Source of the DNA: Bacteroidia bacterium
Lineage (GTDB): Bacteria > Bacteroidota > Bacteroidia > UBA8524
Reading direction: 5' to 3'
Length of the DNA stretch: 64,000 nt
Assembly: GCA_965249955.1 (NCBI GenBank)
Contig: OZ252261.1
Span: forward strand, 852,852-916,851
A program made the position numbers and the translations under genes. The notes below the pieces were generated by a model. That model made no database searches, was not told the origin of the DNA, and was given only the letters and a program-made list of their open reading frames with translations. Shown here one piece after another: positions 17,750 to 30,200 of this stretch (position 1 is the first letter of the stretch; each line of letters opens with the position of its first letter).

Positions 17750-18412
17750 CTAATTAACATTAATAGAAATTTGCCCACGCACCTTAAATAAGCGTAAAAT
17801 AGAATCTAGGGGAATTTCTACATCATCAAAAGCAGGGTTTTCACTGCAAAGCAATATCATTTCTTTTTCTGACGGATGCTTGCGAATGTACTTTACCGTG
17901 CGGTAATCATCAGTAATCACAAGGTATATCTCGCCATACAATATAATAGCTTTGTTTTTTACCTCCTTAACAGCCACAATGTACCCGTTTTTAATTTTGG
18001 GGTACATACTATCGCCATATATAGGCACAGCAAAATCACAATCTTTAAAAGCAGGTATCGAAATAAAATATTCAGGCTCTTCGCGTTCATCGGCAAACAC
18101 CGGAAACGCCGAAGCCGTAACATCTATATTGTAATACGGTATTTGAGGTTCGGCAGCCACACCGTGAAGGTTTTTTTCAATATAGGGTTTGGGCTTTGTG
18201 GTTTCGTGCCTTTCAGAAAACACATTAAGCAAGGTTTCAATAGGTTCATCTATTGCATCGGCCAATTTTTTTGCTTGTGAGTATTTAATATCATCGGCAG
18301 TAAGCAATCTATTAAGATTTTGATAGCTCATATTAAGCTTATTACTAACCTCTTGCAGGGTTAAGCCCTTTTTGTGTGCAATTTCTTTATAAACGTTGCT
18401 AAGGTTTTCCAT
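17750..18412 (-). CDS. HTH(XRE)-S24 peptidase repressor (LexA/CI-like autocleavable regulator)
   Basis: N-terminal HTH LTLQEVSNKLNMSYQNLNRL; C-terminal S24 motif YGDSMYPKIKNGYIV; 220 aa. Confidence 0.7.
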   Translation of the reverse strand: MENLSNVYKEIAHKKGLTLQEVSNKLNMSYQNLNRLLTADDIKYSQAKKLADAIDEPIETLLNVFSERHETTKPKPYIEKNLHGVAAEPQIPYYNIDVTASAFPVFADEREEPEYFISIPAFKDCDFAVPIYGDSMYPKIKNGYIVAVKEVKNKAIILYGEIYLVITDDYRTVKYIRKHPSEKEMILLCSENPAFDDVEIPLDSILRLFKVRGQISINVN

Positions 18413-18545
18413 TTATTTCACCGTTTTTATTTACAAACTTACGTGAAACATTTCTGTTTTTATCAAATTAATAATCATTTTTATTTCTATATAAAAACAC
18501 AAATGTTTACAATTTTGTTGATAAATCACATTTAAACAGCAAAAC

Positions 18546-18593
18546 TCTTTACACATAAGCCTTTATAGATGTATAAAATTCTTTACACACAAG
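18546..18593. promoter_or_regulatory. Two direct repeats TCTTTACACAYAAG (18546-18559 and 18580-18593) upstream of the S24 repressor gene: candidate operator. A candidate minus-strand -7 box CAAACTTA lies at 18434-18441.
   Basis: Read directly. Confidence 0.3.
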
Positions 18594-18755
18594 TATCGAT
18601 ATAAAGTAAGAGGTAGAGGGTGGAAAGTAAAAAGACCAAAACCCTAAAGTATTCCCCTCATCATCTTGACATCCAACATCTAACTATCATTCTATTAATA
18701 AGAAGTCGAAAAATTAAATTCTACAGCCTAGCCTCACATCCTACATCTAACATTA

Positions 18756-20135
18756 CTACTGCCCTACCACCATTAAACTATCGGCTTTGGTTCGTATTTT
18801 TAACCAGTTGTATATGCGCTGTGTTTCTTGTTTACTAACTCTTTTACTATAACGTACAAACGCAACGTGTACAGTATCAAACCGCTCCGACCGATTATTG
18901 TACAACACGGTGGGCTGCACCGTAAAATACTCAACATTTTTATTTAGGGCACAAAACTCTTTCGATATATCAGCAATAGGCAATTGCTGTGCTTTATACT
19001 TTAGCAGCTCATCTTCAAGCAAACTTATCTTCTCATCTTTGCTGCGTATTGCATCTTCGTTTCTAGTGTATAATTCTTCTAAAATACCCGTTTTAATATC
19101 GTCAACATTTATATCCTGCGTTTCTTGTATACCTTGCTTCACTACAAGTTTACAATCGCCAATACCATAGTAAGCCCTTTGGCTGTTTATATTATCAATG
19201 GTTTGCTGCTCTACGGGTTCTCCAATCAAAAAAACCTCCAGCACTTTACTACCCGCCGAATCTTGAGTGAGCTTTTGGTTCATCACCCGTGTATTAGGAA
19301 AATTAAACTCTTGCTCAACATACTGGGCTACATTATTGTTATATACCGTGCGCTGTACAATATTGTACGCAATATAAATACTTGGCAATGCGGTAACTAC
19401 CACTATAAATGTAACGTATCTTTTTACCTTTTTTTGGCGCACCAAATCGGCATGTTCTTTTTTATGAAAACGCAAAAAACGGACAATGGCCAATGTAGCA
19501 AGGCTTACAAAAACTGCATTAATAAAAAACAAATACAATGCACCGCCAAAGTAGTACATATTGCCTGTGGCCAAACCAAACCCCGCAGTGCACAAAGGAG
19601 GCATAAGGGCGGTAGCTATTGCCACACCGGGTATTACATTTCCCTTTTCTTTGGTTGATGTAGCCACAATACCTGCCAAGCCGCCAAAAAGTGCTATCAA
19701 AACATCCCAAATGGTGGGGGTTGTGCGCGCTAACAGTTCGCTTTGGGCTTCGCGCAGGGGACTAATTAAAAAATAAGTGGTTGATGTGATAAGGCTTATA
19801 ACCATCATTACCAGCAAGTTTCTACCTGCCTTTTTTATTAGCTCAAAATCATAAATACCTGCACCTAAGCCTATACCCATTATAGGCCCCATAAGGGGGG
19901 ATATAAGCATGGCACCAATTATTACCGCTGCCGAATCAACATTTAAGCCAATTGAAGCTATAAATATGGCAAACACCAATACCCATACGTTTATTCCCTT
20001 AAACTCAACACTTTTGGTAATAGATTCTATTACTTCTTGCTCTGACGATTTATAATTATCAAGGCTAAAAAGATTGTACAAGTAGCGGCGTAAAGTATTC
20101 ATGGCAGCAGTTTGTGCTAAAATAAGCAATTGCAA
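18756..20135 (-). CDS. DUF389-family integral membrane protein
   Basis: TIWDVLIALFGGLAGIVATST...GVAIATALMPPLCTAGFGLATGN is typical of DUF389/TIGR00341; the true start is possibly the internal Met (MNTLRRY). Confidence 0.7.
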   Translation of the reverse strand: MQLLILAQTAAMNTLRRYLYNLFSLDNYKSSEQEVIESITKSVEFKGINVWVLVFAIFIASIGLNVDSAAVIIGAMLISPLMGPIMGIGLGAGIYDFELIKKAGRNLLVMMVISLITSTTYFLISPLREAQSELLARTTPTIWDVLIALFGGLAGIVATSTKEKGNVIPGVAIATALMPPLCTAGFGLATGNMYYFGGALYLFFINAVFVSLATLAIVRFLRFHKKEHADLVRQKKVKRYVTFIVVVTALPSIYIAYNIVQRTVYNNNVAQYVEQEFNFPNTRVMNQKLTQDSAGSKVLEVFLIGEPVEQQTIDNINSQRAYYGIGDCKLVVKQGIQETQDINVDDIKTGILEELYTRNEDAIRSKDEKISLLEDELLKYKAQQLPIADISKEFCALNKNVEYFTVQPTVLYNNRSERFDTVHVAFVRYSKRVSKQETQRIYNWLKIRTKADSLMVVGQ

Positions 20136-20189
20136 GTAAAAGAATTGCTACGCACAAAAAATGGTTGAGAAAATATTAATCAACAACAA

Positions 20190-23057
20190 TTAAAACTTAA
20201 CGCTAATACCCGTCATTATATGACGTTGTGCCATGTAACGCGAAGGATCGTTTGGAGGAGTACCGCTTGAACGAGGGTCGCGAGGGTCGGGGTAGCTAGG
20301 GTCGCGCCACTCGGTAGGCACAGGGTCGCCTTGTTGCCATGCGCGGCCTGTAACGGGGTTTACACGGGCGGTGTTTAAAGTATTTAGCAAGTTAGTAATC
20401 TCTACCGTCCATGCTATTTGCGTACCCTTTACATTCCACCACTTTTTAAAGTTAAAATCAAAGTTTAAGGTATAACGCCCCAATTCTGAATAACGCGAGT
20501 TAGCATCTTGGTTTACTATATATATGGGTCGACCAGTGGCAGGCTCATCACCTTGATAAATGTAGGGCGTGTAGCGTATGCCTGAACGAAGTACACCTTC
20601 TAAATAAAACGACATACGGTTTATCCATTTTTGCCCCCAATAGCCGCTTTTGTTGTTCAAAATAAAAACGTGGTTCATTTTTATGTCCCAAGGACTACTC
20701 CAAGGTAAAAAGAACTCACGGGTGTCTTGGCGGTTACCTTCGCCCAAAATTTCTTTTAAACTTTCTGATGCGGATGAACTTTGCCCTGTGGCCACCATAT
20801 AAGCTACTGATATTTGACCTTGATACCATTTGCCAATACGTTTTAAATAACCTACCTCAACACCACGAATACGAGCATAATCGCTATTAATACGCACCGA
20901 GCGGGCTACTTCCCTACCCGTTACATCTTTTACCAATATGCTGGCTGTGGTAATAAAATCGTAATTATCACGCCAATAAGCCGATGTAGTAAGTACATCA
21001 TTATCGGTAATAGCAGTTTTTAGTCCAAGCTCGTACGAAATACTAACCTCAGGATTAAGGTTTGGGTTTCCTAAACGGGCTATTGTTGAACGGTCGCTGT
21101 AATATGGGTTCAAACCTGTGTATACAAATGATGGATGGGGCAAAATGGTACTGTGCCCATAATTAAAAAACAACATTTGTTTTTGGTTGATAGGAAACGA
21201 TGCCGAAATTTTTGGCAAAAACCTAAACTTAAACCTGCGTCCTAATATTTCCGAAGAGCTGTTAATATATTCTTCACGTATTTCATCACGAATTTGGGCG
21301 CGGGGGTCGGCCACTGCATCATCAACATACTTACCCGGCATCCAATACTCAAAACGTGCACCTACTTCGGCTATCAAACCTTTGTAACGCACTCTGTCGG
21401 TAACAAAAACACCCCCACGAGAGGGTTTCACACGCCATGCCTCGCTATAATCACCCAATCGGTACGATTGGGTAGTAGTTCCATTGGCCAATTGTATTGG
21501 GGCACCCACCCAAGGGCGACCTATATCTATCCACTGCAAATCTTGCATTTTCACTTCAGCACCAAACGAAAGTTTGTTTAGCGAGTTATCTTCAGGGTTT
21601 TGGGTGATAATATTACCCACTGCTTTTAGGGTATACTCTTCAATAAAGTGATCGTGCCAAAGGGTAGCTATACCGCCGTTGTTGTATACACCGGGGGCAG
21701 GGTTAACAAATACTACTTCATCGTTAGGGTTGTACACACCTACGGGGTACGATACTATTGAGCGCGGGTCGAACTCGCTATTTACCACATTGGGTCTCCA
21801 ATCTCTACCGTTTGCATCTGCACGCAGACGGGCAAAAAAGCGTGAAGCAGTAACCTCGTAGTTAAATTTTTTACGCAATAAGTGCCTAAAGTTTACAATC
21901 ATCAAATTAGCATCGTGGGTAAAAGTATTGGCATTATCCATTTGCTCTTGAAAACTATACTGATAACCGGGCGAAAAAGGCACATCGTTACCCGTAATGC
22001 GCAGCATATTAACATCTTGGTTTACCGTTATGGTTTTGTTGTAGGTAAGACTAAGTGTTTTTGTACTATCTATTCTATAATTCAGTTTTAGCAAGGCACT
22101 CCAGCGGTTATCTAAATAAGGCGTTAAACCTGTATTGGGATAGATGGATGATTTTACTTGGTTGGGAGGATTTAATGTGTAATTATCCGTAAAAAAATTA
22201 CGGAAAGCCATAAAATAGCGCAGCTTTTTAGAGTTTTTACGAAACAGCCACTTAGCAGGGCCACCAATAGTAACCTCACTTACCTGCGAGTTCCAAGTAG
22301 ATTTTAAATCTCTATTAAACCCAAAATTATCACGCTTATGCAGAATAGAAATCTCCATACTATCACCTCCCGAGCGTGTTCTGGCATTTACCACACCCGA
22401 TGTAGCATCGCCCACATCGGCAGTTGCACCACCCGTATTAATATCTACCGAGCTAAGTGCATTTGAACCTATATCTATACCAAAACCTGTACCCGCCAAA
22501 GGGTCTTTTGCCGAAACACCGTCAATTAAAAAACCTGTTTCATACGTACGGCCTCCGCGTATAAACACACCCGCAGGGGTATTTACCACACCGGGTTGTG
22601 TATTTATTATAGCTTGTATTTGGCGCACAGGAGCTTCTTCAATTTGGTCTTTACCCACAGTATTCAATGTGCGAGGCACTTCTACATCCACCAACGGTTT
22701 TTCACCAATAACCACAACCTCGCCCACATCAACAGTTTGCTCACTTATTTCAGCATCCTTTTCTACCGTTTGCCCTGCTACTACCTTAACACCCGTAATA
22801 ATTGCCGATTGATAGCCTATTACCCTTACCTCAAGGGTATAATTACCCGGTTTTACATTAGTAATAGTATAATAGCCGTCCAAATCAGAAGGTGCACCGA
22901 TAGACGAACCTTTAATAATTATGGTAGCACCTACCATACCCTCTTTGGTTTTTTTATCCGTAATGCGGCCTTTTATAGTGCCCGTTTGCGCCCATAGGGC
23001 AGCAGGCAAAATAAACAACAATATCAAAAAGATATTTTTCTTGTATCGAAACTCCAT
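20190..23057 (-). CDS. TonB-dependent outer-membrane receptor with an N-terminal CarboxypepD_reg-like domain
   Basis: Signal peptide; TIKGRITDKKTKEGMVGATIIIKGS; plug; C-terminal barrel ending in F; 955 aa. Confidence 0.85.
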   Translation of the reverse strand: MEFRYKKNIFLILLFILPAALWAQTGTIKGRITDKKTKEGMVGATIIIKGSSIGAPSDLDGYYTITNVKPGNYTLEVRVIGYQSAIITGVKVVAGQTVEKDAEISEQTVDVGEVVVIGEKPLVDVEVPRTLNTVGKDQIEEAPVRQIQAIINTQPGVVNTPAGVFIRGGRTYETGFLIDGVSAKDPLAGTGFGIDIGSNALSSVDINTGGATADVGDATSGVVNARTRSGGDSMEISILHKRDNFGFNRDLKSTWNSQVSEVTIGGPAKWLFRKNSKKLRYFMAFRNFFTDNYTLNPPNQVKSSIYPNTGLTPYLDNRWSALLKLNYRIDSTKTLSLTYNKTITVNQDVNMLRITGNDVPFSPGYQYSFQEQMDNANTFTHDANLMIVNFRHLLRKKFNYEVTASRFFARLRADANGRDWRPNVVNSEFDPRSIVSYPVGVYNPNDEVVFVNPAPGVYNNGGIATLWHDHFIEEYTLKAVGNIITQNPEDNSLNKLSFGAEVKMQDLQWIDIGRPWVGAPIQLANGTTTQSYRLGDYSEAWRVKPSRGGVFVTDRVRYKGLIAEVGARFEYWMPGKYVDDAVADPRAQIRDEIREEYINSSSEILGRRFKFRFLPKISASFPINQKQMLFFNYGHSTILPHPSFVYTGLNPYYSDRSTIARLGNPNLNPEVSISYELGLKTAITDNDVLTTSAYWRDNYDFITTASILVKDVTGREVARSVRINSDYARIRGVEVGYLKRIGKWYQGQISVAYMVATGQSSSASESLKEILGEGNRQDTREFFLPWSSPWDIKMNHVFILNNKSGYWGQKWINRMSFYLEGVLRSGIRYTPYIYQGDEPATGRPIYIVNQDANSRYSELGRYTLNFDFNFKKWWNVKGTQIAWTVEITNLLNTLNTARVNPVTGRAWQQGDPVPTEWRDPSYPDPRDPRSSGTPPNDPSRYMAQRHIMTGISVKF

Positions 23058-23394
23058 TTAATTTTCTTACGCCACGAAAATAAGTGCTATTTGGCATTAT
23101 ACTATTAACAGTTTATTAAGAGGCCGATTTTCATTAAACATTTGTAATGGAAGATTTTGCCTTAATCCCTTTACAGATTAAAACCTGCCGCTATTTACAC
23201 CCCTATATATTGCCGACTGGGCTACGCAGCACAGGTTTTAAACCAATAAAAAAACCATAAGCCAAATGCCCGGCAGTTTAAAAACATTAAACTTATACAC
23301 TATTAAGCACATAATGAACTAAAATTAATATTGGTTTGTTAATATTGAAGACTGATTTTATTGTTTAACACTTTAAAGAAGAAAGACTAATACA

Positions 23395-23991
23395 ATGGCT
23401 TTTGAACTACCTAAATTAGATTATGCGTACGACGCATTAGAGCCGCACATTGATGCGCGCACCATGGAAATACACCATAGCAAACACCACAATGCTTATG
23501 TAACTAACCTTAACAAGGCAATAGAAGGTACCGACGCTGCAAATATGAGCATTGAAGATATTTGCAAAAATATTAGCAAATATCCGGCTGCTATTAGAAA
23601 CAACGGTGGCGGACACTACAACCACAGCTTGTTTTGGAAAGTAATGGCACCCAACAAAGGCGGACAGCCTACCGGCGCATTGGCCGATGCTATAAATGCA
23701 GCTTTTGGCAGCTTTGATGCCTTTAAAGAGCAATTTGCAGCCGCCGCAGCTACCCGTTTTGGTAGCGGATGGGCTTGGCTAATAAAAAATGCCGAAGGCA
23801 AACTACAAGTAACCAGCACCCCAAACCAAGACAATCCTTTGATGGATGTTGCCGAAGTAAAAGGTACACCTATTTTGGGTGTTGATGTATGGGAACACGC
23901 CTACTACCTAAACTACCAAAACCGTCGCCCTGATTATGTAGCGGCATTTTGGAATGTAGTGAATTGGGATGAAGTAGCAGCCCGTTTTTAA
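23395..23991 (+). CDS. Fe/Mn-family superoxide dismutase
   Basis: [30 protein letters not shown]; DVWEHAYY; 198 aa. Confidence 0.9.
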   Translation: MAFELPKLDYAYDALEPHIDARTMEIHHSKHHNAYVTNLNKAIEGTDAANMSIEDICKNISKYPAAIRNNGGGHYNHSLFWKVMAPNKGGQPTGALADAINAAFGSFDAFKEQFAAAAATRFGSGWAWLIKNAEGKLQVTSTPNQDNPLMDVAEVKGTPILGVDVWEHAYYLNYQNRRPDYVAAFWNVVNWDEVAARF

Positions 23992-24020
23992 TTACAAAAT
24001 TGAAACAAAAACATACCAAA

Positions 24021-24050
24021 GGGGGGCAGTAAACTGCCCCCCTTTTTTTT
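24021..24050 (+). terminator. Rho-independent terminator GGGGGGCAG-TAAA-CTGCCCCCC plus T8
   Basis: Read directly, 30 bp after the SOD stop. Confidence 0.8.
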
Positions 24051-24230
24051 GTGTTGTACAACGCTTAATAAAAACAACAACACTTTTAGCTTTAGGCTTC
24101 TAGCAGAAAAAAGACTTTGTATTGAACCTTTGTTAAGTTTGTGTGAACTATGCTATAAAGCAAGGCAAGGTTGCAACCTTACCAAAAGTAAACCCGTTTA
24201 ATAAAAACAACCGCCTGCCAAATTGGTACT

Positions 24231-27200
24231 TTGTGTATGAAACTTAAAACCACTGCCCTACTTACTCTTCTACTACTTTTTACCACTGCACAATTAAAAG
24301 CACAAGCCCCAACCACTGAGGGTAGCGAGTATACATACCTGTACAAGCTAAATAAAGAACAAGTGCGGTGGATGATAGATAGCCCTTGGGTGAGCCTAAA
24401 CAACTGGGTTTTTACCAATGTGGTTGATAGTGTGCGGCACAAAAAAAGAGAAACACTTAATTTTAAAAATCACCCCAAAGGCTATTACATAAGCTACAAT
24501 ACCCATCACCTAGCCATTACCACCAACCTGCATATTGAACAGCAGTTTTTCCCTACTGTACAAGAAACCAACGGGCAATGGTGGTTTATAATGCGCGATA
24601 CCCTGCAAAACATTATAAAAAACGGCACACTAACTTTAATAAAAAACAAGCAAACAAAAGGCGATACTGTTTTCACTTACGATTCATCGTGTATGTGCTA
24701 CCCCGTGCCCAAACAAGTAAAACACCAATGGTTTCTATTTGAAGCCGACGGTCAGTTTTACTATATGCACATGAACAGCCCTTACCAAAAAGCCAAACGC
24801 AAATGGTGGAAGTTTTGGAAACGTAACAGAAAAAACAGAAGCAGTGGTGGCAGTTATGGATATGGTAAACCACGCATAGGTAGGCGCATTTTATACACAA
24901 TTACACATCCATTTAGAAAAAAATGGACTCTCATGAGTGCCGACCCAGGCTATATGGTTACCAACCAACCCAAATACAAACACGGCGACACCCTAAAAAT
25001 GAAAGCTTTTTTGGTGAACCGCAAGGGCAAACCCTTTAAAAAGAATATGGAGCTGTTAATGGTAACGCTTGGTAAAAACGGTTACGGGCAAGATACCGTA
25101 TTGCGCACCACCCTAAAACCATCGCCAGCAGGTGCATACACCTACGAAATGGCTATACCCGATAGTTTTATTATCGATAGAAATTATACCCTGCTAATAA
25201 ACCGAAAAAGGCGCACCTACGAGCAAATAACCTTTAAGGTAGAACAATACGAACTGAACAAGATTACCTACACGTGGGAAGATAAAAAACAAGAATATTA
25301 CCGCGGTAACAGCATCTTTTTTTATGCCAAAGCTATTGATGCCAACAACCTTCCTGTGCCCGATGCTACTGTGCACTTAAAACTCCATATACAAAACATA
25401 AATACCATATACGACACCCTGATAAAGCTGCACGACACTGTTTTTAGAAGCTATTTTGATACTACCCTGCAATGCAGCCCTGATGGGCTAACCCCAATAG
25501 AATTGCCCGGCCATCTTATACCCAATGCCGATATTACTGTTACAGGCGAAATGTTTTTTACCAATGCCGATAACAAACCCGGCTACCAAAGCCATTATTT
25601 TAACATACTTGCCAATACCCAACGCTACTACCTGATGCAAGACAGTAACGGGCTACGAAGTGGCTATTTGGTGCAGGGCAAAGACCAACGCGGAAAAACG
25701 GCTACTTGGCGGGTAAACTACCACGAGGGGTATTATAAAGATAAAAAAATAACCCTACCCTACTACCACAATTGGGAGGCAGGTGCACGCAGCTACGCCT
25801 TGTTGGATAGCGCAGGAACACGAACCTTGGCCAACTACCAAATGCCTGCTAATCCGCCAAAAGCCCCCTCGTTTACTATTGACAAACAATACGATTCGGT
25901 ATACATATCTCTTGAAAATCCTTTGGGACTTGAAGTAGCTTGGCGCATATATGATAATGATGACGAATTGCTAACCAAAGGCGCAGGCGCAACACTATCG
26001 TACAGTAAAAAACTAAAAGGCACAAAACCCGTGCGTGTGCGGTATAGCTACAGTTGGGCAGGCAATTTTTACACCTTTGAAACAGTTGGCTGGCGAAAAG
26101 AAAAACAACTAACCGTAAAAATAGAGCACCCCGAATTGGTTTTTCCGGGGCAAACCATACCCGTTGATATTACTGTTACCAACTACAAAAACAAGCCCGC
26201 CAAAAATGTTAACCTAACTGCATACAGCGTAAATACCGAGTTTGATAATATACCCGTACCCAATATGCCTTATTATGGCAAAAGTTATGGCAGCAAACTG
26301 CAAAAACGTATGCTCAACTATCCTTCAAGCTGGGTTAACAGCAGGCAAAACAGCTTTATAATAAAAGGTGAGTTGTTTTATAAACTGCAACTGTACAAGC
26401 ACCCCTATTACCGCTTGCTATACAACAGCAATGCCATTGGCATAGAGCACGATAGCCTTGCCAATAATAAAACCCAACTAACGGTAAACGTGCATAGCGA
26501 TATGCACAGTGCAGGTGATTACTATGCCCTATGGATTGATGACGAGCTGGTATACCTTCATTTTAGCCAATCAATTCCCAACGCATTTAGGGTGAGCGTA
26601 GGAAAACACAACATAAAAGTCCGTGCCTATGAATATATGTACGAGTTGAATGATATAGAATGCGTAGCAGGTATGCGCACACTTGTTGGTATAAATGGCG
26701 ATAGCGCATACAACAACACCCATATAAAACGCACTAAACTTGATAAAACAGGTTTAACCAAAGAAGAGAAACAAGCCTACAACCCTAATAACCAGAAAAC
26801 GCTATTTATTGGCAGCCAGAATAGCAACTATTATCACAAATTACAAAACACCTATTTGCGCCAAGGAGACAAAACCTATAAACTAAGTAATTTTCCATCA
26901 TCAAACTATTATGTGCAGCACCATTACTACACGCCCGTTGGCCCATTTACCGAAGGCGAGGTAGAATTTATTATTCCAAACGATACCGCATTTAGCTTTT
27001 ACTTCAACCCGAGGTTTATGTATTTGTATAATGGCAAATCACTAAACCCACACAAAGAAAGCTATTCAGAAATTATCGTATCAAACCTATCATCGCAGCA
27101 CCGCTTTGCCGATACTGCTACTGAAATACCTGCCCCTATTGTTAAAAAAGAAGAACCCAAAACCAATACCATTATACACTACCAATCAAAAAATCCTTTA

Positions 27201-30200
27201 ACCCACCCCGCTATTCGCGATTACTATCCGTATGAATATGCTCCCGCACAAACAAACAAATACCCCTTCACTACCTATATAAACAAACATGGAGCACCCG
27301 CCCGTATGTGGTTTTTCAACCAAGATAGTTTGCAATACTCATTAATAAAAAACAGCATGGGTAGTGGCGCACAAAACAACCTTATACCCGGCAACTATAC
27401 CATAGTGATGTTTACCGATACCAACAGCTACAAAATATTATACAATGTAGCTATTGATAGTGCCTACCGTTACTTCTATCGCCCTACACTCGATTATTAT
27501 CAAGCGTTCGATTCAACGGTGTTATTACCCTATATAGCACAAGTAAAATACCTAAACCGAGGCCCTATACCACCATTTTACAACACGCCTGTAAAAGTTG
27601 ATGTACGCTTGGATACAGAACCCTCAAAACAAAGCGAAAAACTTATTGGCGAGTTTACCGTAAACGGTCGCCATATAAACAATGCACTAATAGTAGTAGA
27701 AGACGGCAAAGGCCATTATATAAACGGAGGGCTAAGCAACCAATATGGTTTTTATCAAATACCTCTTAATGTGGGCACTTATACCCTTAAAATATACACC
27801 CCGCAGTGGGATATGTTTTATGTAGAAAATGTTTCTATTAGCCGTGGCAACAATACCATAGCCAATATAAACGTAAGCAACTACACTGCACAAATAGCCA
27901 ATAACGACTACAACTATTTACCTGCCCAGCAGCGCAACCCACAACCCACCAGCACAGGGCGACAACCCAACTACAACAACAGCGTAAAAGGCAATTGCAC
28001 CAACAATTGTGGAGAGCTGCGCGGCTTGGTAAAAGATGCACAAACAAACGAAGAGCTTATAGGCGTTAGCTTACAAATAGAAGGAACTACCGTAGGCATT
28101 GCTACAGATATTGATGGTAGCTACCGTTTTAGCAATATAAGCGAAGGAAAACACAACATAATAGTAAAGTATATAGGCTACCAAACCCAAAAAATTGCTA
28201 ATGTTTGGGTGGCAAAAGGGCAAACCACAACCCTAAATATATTGTTGCGCCCCAACATTGTTGAGGTAGCAGAAGTTGCTATTACAAGCGATAAAGAAAG
28301 ATACAAGATTGATGCTGATGAAGTTTATAACAGCCCAAGTTATAGTAATACAGAATCAGTACAAAATATTCCTATGCGCTCTGTAAACTCATTATCAGCA
28401 ACTTTATATAGTCAAGCCTCTTTTAGAGGAGCACGAACAAGTGGCACAGCCTATTATATAGATGGAGTAAGAGTATTGGGAGACATAACCGTTGGCGATG
28501 AACAATTGGACGATATAGCACTGATAGAACGTCAACAAGAAAACCAACGCCTACTGCAAATGCTAGGCGATAGTACTGCCATGCGCAACCGCAAAGAATT
28601 TAGAGATTATGGTTTTTGGGTACCCAACCTCACCACCAACCGAAAAGGTAAAGCAGGCTTTAGCGTTCGCCTGCCCGATAACCAAACCCAGTGGGCAACC
28701 TTTGTGCCCGCAATGGATGGTCGCAAGCAAACAGGTTTGGGCACATCGTACATAAAAGCCTATAAACCCATTACCGCCAACCTTTCGCTACCCCGTTTTA
28801 TGGTAGCAGGTGATAAACTACAAATTACAGGCAAAACCGTAAACTACACCGCCGATAGTGTAGTACTAAACGCCCTTTTGCGGGTAAACGACAGCACGCT
28901 ATACAACAGCCCTATGGGCGTACGCTATTTTGAGTTGATAAGCCAGTTTTTACAACTATCAAAAGCGGGAACGTATAGCCTGCAATACAGCGTGAAAATG
29001 GAAAACGGCTACACCGATGGTGATATTCGCCAACTTAAAGTGCTAGAAAACGGACTTTTGATAAACGAAGGCGAAACCCGCACGCTTGAAGGTAGTGTAA
29101 ACCTTACCCTAGCACCACAGCAAGGCCATATAAACAGGCAAGTATTGCTAAGCAACCGCAAAGCCGAGCTTCTATTGGCCGAAATAAACCAACTAAAAAG
29201 CTATCAGTATGGTTGTGTAGAGCAAACGGCATCAAAACTAAAAGCCTTATTGCTAGAAAAACAATTTCAAACCGCACTAAGTGTTGAGTTTAGTGGCGAA
29301 AAACAGATAAAAAACTGTATAAACCGACTGGAGAAATTTCAGAACAAAAACGGCTCGTGGGGTTGGTGGGATAAAAGCCCTACCGATAATTTTATGACTA
29401 TTTATGCCGCTGATGCGCTAACCCGCGCCCAAAAAGCAGGCTACAGCACCAATGCAGGTTTAACGGCTGCACACTATTTATATAACAATTACCATACACT
29501 AAGTATACCTCAACGTTTAGATGCAGTTGCGCTTCTTACCGGCATTAAATACGGCGGCGATATTGCCCAAAAACAAATAATGCTGGATAAACTAAACCTT
29601 ACCCTGCAAGAAAGGCTAATGGCTTTGCGCAATCGCCAGTTAATGGGGCAAAAAGTAAATACTGATACGGTATTAAAATCCGTTCGTAATATATCAGCTA
29701 CACAAGCCGCTTGGGGCGAAAAATTATTTAGCATATACGTAAACGAGTTGCAAACATCGGCCATAGCCTACGAAATACTAAGGCACGAAGGCGGACACGA
29801 AACATTGCTAAAGAAAGTGCGCAACTACTTCCTTTCACAATCGCCAACACAGCGTAATACCATACAATCGGCCACCCTGCTGCAAACCTTTTTACAAGAT
29901 ATAGTGGATGAAGATGCCAAACGCAACGAGTTAGTGCCCATACTTACCCTTAATGGCAAAGTGGATAAAAGACCATCGATAAAACTAGAATTGGCTGATG
30001 ATGAAACCCTAACCATTGACAAACAAGGCAGCGAATTATTTTACCTATACGCTTGGAAAAAATTTGTAGCCAACCCCGTAGCAGCAGCAAACACCTTTAA
30101 AATAAACACCCGCTTGCTACAAAACCAACACATAAGCGATACGGTGGAAGCAGGCAAACCCGTTACCCTGCAAATAGATATTTCGCTACCCAAAGACCGC

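Noticed and set aside
18620-18838. A 72-aa ORF in the repressor/DUF389 intergenic region.
   Set aside because: It overlaps the 3' end of the DUF389 gene and the promoter/operator region. It is low-complexity and has no start context, so it is unlikely to be real.
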